Below are positions 59,910 through 64,000 of a stretch of DNA of 64,000 bases, piece after piece. The position numbers were made by a program, and so were the translations under genes. The stretch is from an uncultured Alphaproteobacteria bacterium (lineage in GTDB: Bacteria > Pseudomonadota > Alphaproteobacteria > RF32 > CAG-239), in the NCBI GenBank assembly GCA_944391405.1, contig CALXTN010000005.1, positions 1,515 to 65,514 of the forward strand. The letters run 5' to 3'. Each line of letters opens with the position of its first letter. Position 1 is the first letter of the stretch. The notes under the pieces were generated by a model, which saw only the letters and a list, made by a program, of their open reading frames with translations, did not search any database and had not been told where the DNA came from.

Positions 59910-62900
59910 ATGAAAGTTTTTGGTCTTTGGGTAGGATGCTTGTTTTTTGTAGTAAGTTCTGCGTCAGCTCAAGGGATTGTTGAGTCTCGATCAAATGGTA
60001 ATTCGGCTTATAATATAAATGTTATTTCTGAAGAAGAGTATAATCAAAATATTACAGGAAATGTTTATAAAGTATATGAATTTGATGGAGCTTCTTCTCT
60101 TGTTCCTCAGTATTATCAATATAATGTAAATGAAAATAAAGAATATGAAAATGTAATTACGCAGACTGGATATGGAAGCGGTAATGGGGTGAATCCAGAA
60201 GTCAATGTGGGTGTTGCTCTTAATAATAGTGAAAATATAGAGGGTATTTCTGGTACATTGTATGAGAATAATCATTATACTTATGATTTTGTAGGCGGTG
60301 ATGTTGACACCTATATTCGTGGTGGTGCTGTTTATAATAATGGTGTTATTGGGAATAAAGATGATAATGGACATTTTGTCGGTATTGCAATTGATGCAGA
60401 TTTTATTGGAAATACTTTGACTATACAAACGCAAAAGGACGGTTTGTTGCGTGCTCAAGGTGGTGCTTTAGCTAATCAAGGGGATATAGGTAATATTCAA
60501 GGTGATTTTATTAATAATAGTGCAAACGGAATGTTTGCTTGGGGCGGAGCTATTTATAATGATAAAATTGCAATGATAGGTGATGTTTATGGTGATTTTG
60601 TTGGTAATTTTGTAAATGGAGAAAGTTCTGGTGGCGGTGCTATTATTAATGAAGGCCAAATTGGAAATATGCACAGTGATTTCGTTGCCAATTATGCCGA
60701 GACGTCTAGCTATGCGGCGGGAGGTGCTATTCATAATGACGATAATGGCTATATTGCAGGAATTAATGGTAATTTTGTAGATAATCACGTAAAGGGGGGG
60801 GCTCAGGCTTATGGTGGAGCTATTGATAATTTCTTAGGTTCTATTGGTGATATAAATGGTGATTTTAATAATAATCGAGCAATTTCAACAGATTTAGGGC
60901 AATCTTTTGGTGCTTTTGGTGGTGCTATTTCTAATCAAGAAGGTTATTTTAGCAATGTAAATGGTAATTTTTATGGAAATCAAGCATCAGCAAAAGTTTA
61001 TGCTCAAGGTGGTGCTATTTTTAATTCATATGCTCGTATTGGAAATATACAAGGTGATTTTGTTCAGAATTCAGCTGTTTCTCAAGACGCAAGTGCTTAT
61101 GGGGGCGCAATTTATAATGAGGCTGCGGTTATTGATGGTATTAAAGGGGATTTTTCTGAAAATATTGTTTCGGCTAAATTGGAAGCTCTCGGTGGTGCTA
61201 TTTACAGTATGAATGGAACGGAAAGTAATAGTACGCTTAATTTAATTAATTCTAGTTTTTACAATAATTCTGCAGTTTCAGAGGATGGAATGGCGAAGGG
61301 TGGTGCTATTTATGCGGATAATCTTACTGTTACTGCTCAAGGGCAAAACAGTATTTTTCGTGGAAATATGGCAGATAATGTAAGCAATGCTATTTATATG
61401 GATGGGGCTACCAGTAATAAAAAAGCTGAATTGAATCTGATTACTAAGGAAGATGGGAATATTGTTTTTGATGATGCTATTGATGGAGAAAATTATAATT
61501 TAAATCTAGACAGTGATGGTTCTGGTGAAGTTATTTTTAATCATATTGTTGATCATGTTAGTAATTTTAATCTTTCAGATGTTTCAGCTGTTCATTTAGG
61601 TAAAGACGCTCAGATAAATATGCAAAATTATGTTGCGGATAATAAGAATGGTAGGCCTATTTTAACATTAGATGTTGAAGTAGATAAAAGTACGGGTAGC
61701 ATTAATAATGGTATTTTGAATATTAGTGGAGATGTTTCTGGTAAAACAAATGTTGTTGTTAACTCGCTTAATCAGGATATGTTGGACGATGTTACTAATG
61801 CTAAAACTATTTTCGTTCATGCGCCTAATGATGATATGAATACCGAATCTGTTTTTAATGTCAGCCGAGTTATTGGAAGCCCTTATATGTGGGATTCTAT
61901 TCGTAATTATGGAGGAGAAACAGAAGGAAGTAACTGGTATCTGGTTGTGCGTGATAATGGTAGTGGCGAAGGTGGTGGTGATGAAGATGGAAATGATAAT
62001 CCGCCAAGTGATGTTGTATATGCTCCAGAGATCCCTGCTTATGTAGGTATACAGACAGCTGTTGTTGAACAGAATCGTAATCTTGGGCGGAAAATTGCTG
62101 CGGGGTTACGTTCTGAGCAAAATAAAGGATGTTGTGACAGAAAATTTCAGCATGCATATAATATGTGGATTGATGCAGATTATGATAGTGCAAAAATTGA
62201 TGCTCCGGCTGATATGGATGCAAGTGTTCAGGGGGTAACTGCGGGAGTTGATTTTAAAACTGATAATTATAGTCGTTTGGGAGCTTTTGCTTCATATCGG
62301 AAAGGTGATTATGATTTGTCTGGGAAAGGAAAGTATGCTTCGGATTCAGGATCTTCGTTGGATGTAGATAGTTATTTAGGCGGTTTATATTATCATTATG
62401 GGCGTTATAATTGGAATATTTTAGCTACGTTATTTGGTGGAACTAATGATATTAATATTGAAACTGATGATAGAATTGTTTTTGCTGATACAAAAGGTAC
62501 GCAATATGGAGCTAGTGTTGAGGTGGCAAAGAAGTTTTATTTGCCGTATGCTTGGATTATTGAACCTAGTGCAAGTTTGTTCTATTCAGCTTTAGATTTG
62601 GATGGGTTTAGTGATAATATGGGGAAAAGTGTTGATTTTGATTTGATGCACTATATTGAAGCTGAACTGGGGTTGAGATTTGAGCATTTGTTTTGCTTAA
62701 ATGGGTGGACTACAAAAGTTTATGCTAAACCTTCTATTATTCAAACTTATGCTAGTGGCGATTCAGTCAATATTAGTGGCTTAAATGATATTTCTACCTA
62801 TGATAATCAGTTATTGGGGAAAATGGAGTTAGGGGCAAAGTTTGGCTTGTCTCGTACTCTATCAGCTTATGCTGCGGCTAATTATACGTTTGGTAGTAAT

Positions 62901-62945
62901 TATTCTGGATATGGTATTAATGCTGGATTAAATTACGCTTGGTGA
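59910..62945 (+). CDS. Autotransporter with a Pmp-type (GGAI / FxxN repeat) passenger domain and a C-terminal beta-barrel translocator
   Basis: Signal peptide MKVFGLWVGCLFFVVSSASAQG with RBS GAGGG. Over 12 GGAI(Y/F/H/I)N repeats alternate with (Q/N)GDF/FxxN. An acidic Gly-rich linker precedes a roughly 270-aa beta-domain ending ...GINAGLNYAW. Confidence 0.8.
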   Translation: MKVFGLWVGCLFFVVSSASAQGIVESRSNGNSAYNINVISEEEYNQNITGNVYKVYEFDGASSLVPQYYQYNVNENKEYENVITQTGYGSGNGVNPEVNVGVALNNSENIEGISGTLYENNHYTYDFVGGDVDTYIRGGAVYNNGVIGNKDDNGHFVGIAIDADFIGNTLTIQTQKDGLLRAQGGALANQGDIGNIQGDFINNSANGMFAWGGAIYNDKIAMIGDVYGDFVGNFVNGESSGGGAIINEGQIGNMHSDFVANYAETSSYAAGGAIHNDDNGYIAGINGNFVDNHVKGGAQAYGGAIDNFLGSIGDINGDFNNNRAISTDLGQSFGAFGGAISNQEGYFSNVNGNFYGNQASAKVYAQGGAIFNSYARIGNIQGDFVQNSAVSQDASAYGGAIYNEAAVIDGIKGDFSENIVSAKLEALGGAIYSMNGTESNSTLNLINSSFYNNSAVSEDGMAKGGAIYADNLTVTAQGQNSIFRGNMADNVSNAIYMDGATSNKKAELNLITKEDGNIVFDDAIDGENYNLNLDSDGSGEVIFNHIVDHVSNFNLSDVSAVHLGKDAQINMQNYVADNKNGRPILTLDVEVDKSTGSINNGILNISGDVSGKTNVVVNSLNQDMLDDVTNAKTIFVHAPNDDMNTESVFNVSRVIGSPYMWDSIRNYGGETEGSNWYLVVRDNGSGEGGGDEDGNDNPPSDVVYAPEIPAYVGIQTAVVEQNRNLGRKIAAGLRSEQNKGCCDRKFQHAYNMWIDADYDSAKIDAPADMDASVQGVTAGVDFKTDNYSRLGAFASYRKGDYDLSGKGKYASDSGSSLDVDSYLGGLYYHYGRYNWNILATLFGGTNDINIETDDRIVFADTKGTQYGASVEVAKKFYLPYAWIIEPSASLFYSALDLDGFSDNMGKSVDFDLMHYIEAELGLRFEHLFCLNGWTTKVYAKPSIIQTYASGDSVNISGLNDISTYDNQLLGKMELGAKFGLSRTLSAYAAANYTFGSNYSGYGINAGLNYAW
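60794..60801 (+). repeat. G8 homopolymeric tract inside the autotransporter coding sequence
   Basis: aaaGGGGGGGGctc encodes K-G-G-A in frame. A poly-G tract of this length is rare in a genome of this GC content. Confidence 0.6.
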
Positions 62946-62966
62946 TGTAGGTGGTTGACGTTTTAT

Positions 62967-63006
62967 AAAATAACAAAGCCCGCAATTTTGCGGGCTTTGT
63001 TATTTT
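62967..63006. terminator. Long perfect-palindrome bidirectional terminator between the autotransporter gene and nusG
   Basis: AAAATAACAAAGCCCGCAA-tt-TTGCGGGCTTTGTTATTTT. Confidence 0.6.
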
Positions 63007-63034
63007 ATAAAACATATTGATAGTTTTTTTGTTA

Positions 63035-63568
63035 TTAAGCGATTTTTTCTACCTGGCTGAATTCTAAATCAACAGGAGTGTAACGTCCGAAGATGGAAAC
63101 TGATACTTTAACGCGAGATTTTTCGTTATCAACTTCTTCTACGACGCCCACAAATGATGCGAAGGGGCCATCTGTTACGCGAACTTGTTCGCCAACTTCA
63201 AAGTAAATCTCTGTAGATGGACGTTCAACGCCTTCTTCAATTTGAGTCATGATACGTTTAACTTCGGCTTCGCTGATTGGTTGTGGCTTATTATGACTGC
63301 CTAAAAAACCGCTTACACGAGGTGTATCTTTAACAATGTGCCATGCATCATCACTCATTTCCATTTTTACTAAAATGTATCCTGGGAAAAATTTGTGCTC
63401 AGCATTAACTTTTGTTCCTTTGCGAACTTCAACGACTTGTTCGGTTGGAACTAAAACTTCTAAAATTCTATCATCCATTTTTTTCAAAACGGCTTGTTCT
63501 CTGATTGATTCAGCAACTTTCTTTTCTGAACCGGAATATACGTTTACAACATACCAACGCGCTGTCAT
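63035..63568 (-). CDS. nusG: Transcription termination/antitermination factor NusG
   Basis: NGN domain (WYVVNVYSGSEKKV) and a KOW motif at the C-terminus; 177 aa. Confidence 0.9.
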   Translation of the reverse strand: MTARWYVVNVYSGSEKKVAESIREQAVLKKMDDRILEVLVPTEQVVEVRKGTKVNAEHKFFPGYILVKMEMSDDAWHIVKDTPRVSGFLGSHNKPQPISEAEVKRIMTQIEEGVERPSTEIYFEVGEQVRVTDGPFASFVGVVEEVDNEKSRVKVSVSIFGRYTPVDLEFSQVEKIA

Positions 63569-63577
63569 TGAAAACTC

Positions 63578-63769
63578 CTAATATTTGAAGATTAAACGAA
63601 CTATTGCGGCAAATATCATGTCTACGCAAAAGAAAAATGCTGATGCAATTGCGACGATTACTAAAACCATAACCGTGGCACGCATTACTTCCTTTTTAGA
63701 AGGCCAAGTAACCTTTTTTACTTCTTGTTTAACTTGTCTAAAAAATTGTACCGGACTTGTATTTCCCAT
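63578..63769 (-). CDS. secE: Protein translocase subunit SecE
   Basis: 63 aa with a single TM helix; KVTWPSKKEV motif; immediately upstream of nusG. Confidence 0.85.
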   Translation of the reverse strand: MGNTSPVQFFRQVKQEVKKVTWPSKKEVMRATVMVLVIVAIASAFFFCVDMIFAAIVRLIFKY

Positions 63770-64000
63770 AGCTCTACCATTTCAATTACATTGATAAAAA
63801 TTAGCAGGATGTTCTTAGGCGTTTTCTGATTTGTAAGATTTTTCTTTTATATCATTATGATGCCATCCATCCTAACAGATGTGCCAAACATATTAAAAAA
63901 TTTTTTAGATGTCAATAAATATATTGATTGTTTACGCAGGTTATCTTTGACAGAGTTATATCTCTTTGATTGATGGAGAGGTGAGAACTACTTTGTTTTG

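Noticed and set aside
60300-61300. Periodic GGTGGTGCTATT.AAT repeats at the nucleotide level, considered as a possible CRISPR or tandem-repeat array
   Set aside because: The repeats are imperfect and in-frame, and they encode the GGAIxN Pmp-type beta-helix repeats of the autotransporter passenger. No spacer/repeat regularity and no cas genes were found.

Overview
The window is a low-GC (roughly 35-40% by eye), gene-dense bacterial chromosomal segment with about 60 protein genes and one tRNA. No transposase, integrase or CRISPR array is visible. Most hallmark proteins look alphaproteobacterial: a ribosomal protein S21 of alphaproteobacterial type, two RHH_4 (the so-called aryl-sulfate sulfotransferase) small proteins, an ELM1-family protein, a three-gene split transhydrogenase pntAA-pntAB-pntB, and a long GyrB of 813 aa with the C-terminal insertion. 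The metabolic complement, however, is that of an anaerobe: class III RNR nrdD/nrdG, pta-ackA, an iron-sulfur flavoprotein and a membrane polyferredoxin. My best reading is an uncultured or host-associated anaerobic, low-GC proteobacterium, most likely an alphaproteobacterium. The most striking feature is at 46883..49928, where the anaerobic ribonucleotide reductase appears naturally split. The 686-aa NrdD ends after its Zn ribbon without a glycyl-radical motif. A separate 76-codon gene with its own RBS, sitting between nrdD and nrdG, encodes the canonical NrdD glycyl-radical tail (RVMGY...FNVGKKGE) plus an extra Cys-rich extension. Other notable items follow. An AdhR/NmlR-type MerR regulator has three TAGAG-N4-CTCTA operators, two lying inside textbook 19-bp-spacer promoters and the third immediately upstream of merR itself; the operators define a small regulon of redox and phosphoesterase genes plus a signal-peptide flavodoxin. 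A NapH-NapG-like fused polyferredoxin carries an internal twin-arginine motif and sits directly upstream of tatA-tatC. A bacterial serpin with a non-canonical hinge is bracketed by two RHH_4 paralogs. A Pmp-repeat (GGAI/FxxN) autotransporter contains an in-frame G8 tract. A frameshifted GNAT lies next to tRNA-Glu(CUC). A free-standing HNH endonuclease is inserted after trpS. Housekeeping genes present include tatAC, trpS, typA, lepA, gyrB, serS, rpsU, nusG-secE, an AcrRAB-like RND efflux operon, mpl-ldcA, a split chrA pair and pfkB.
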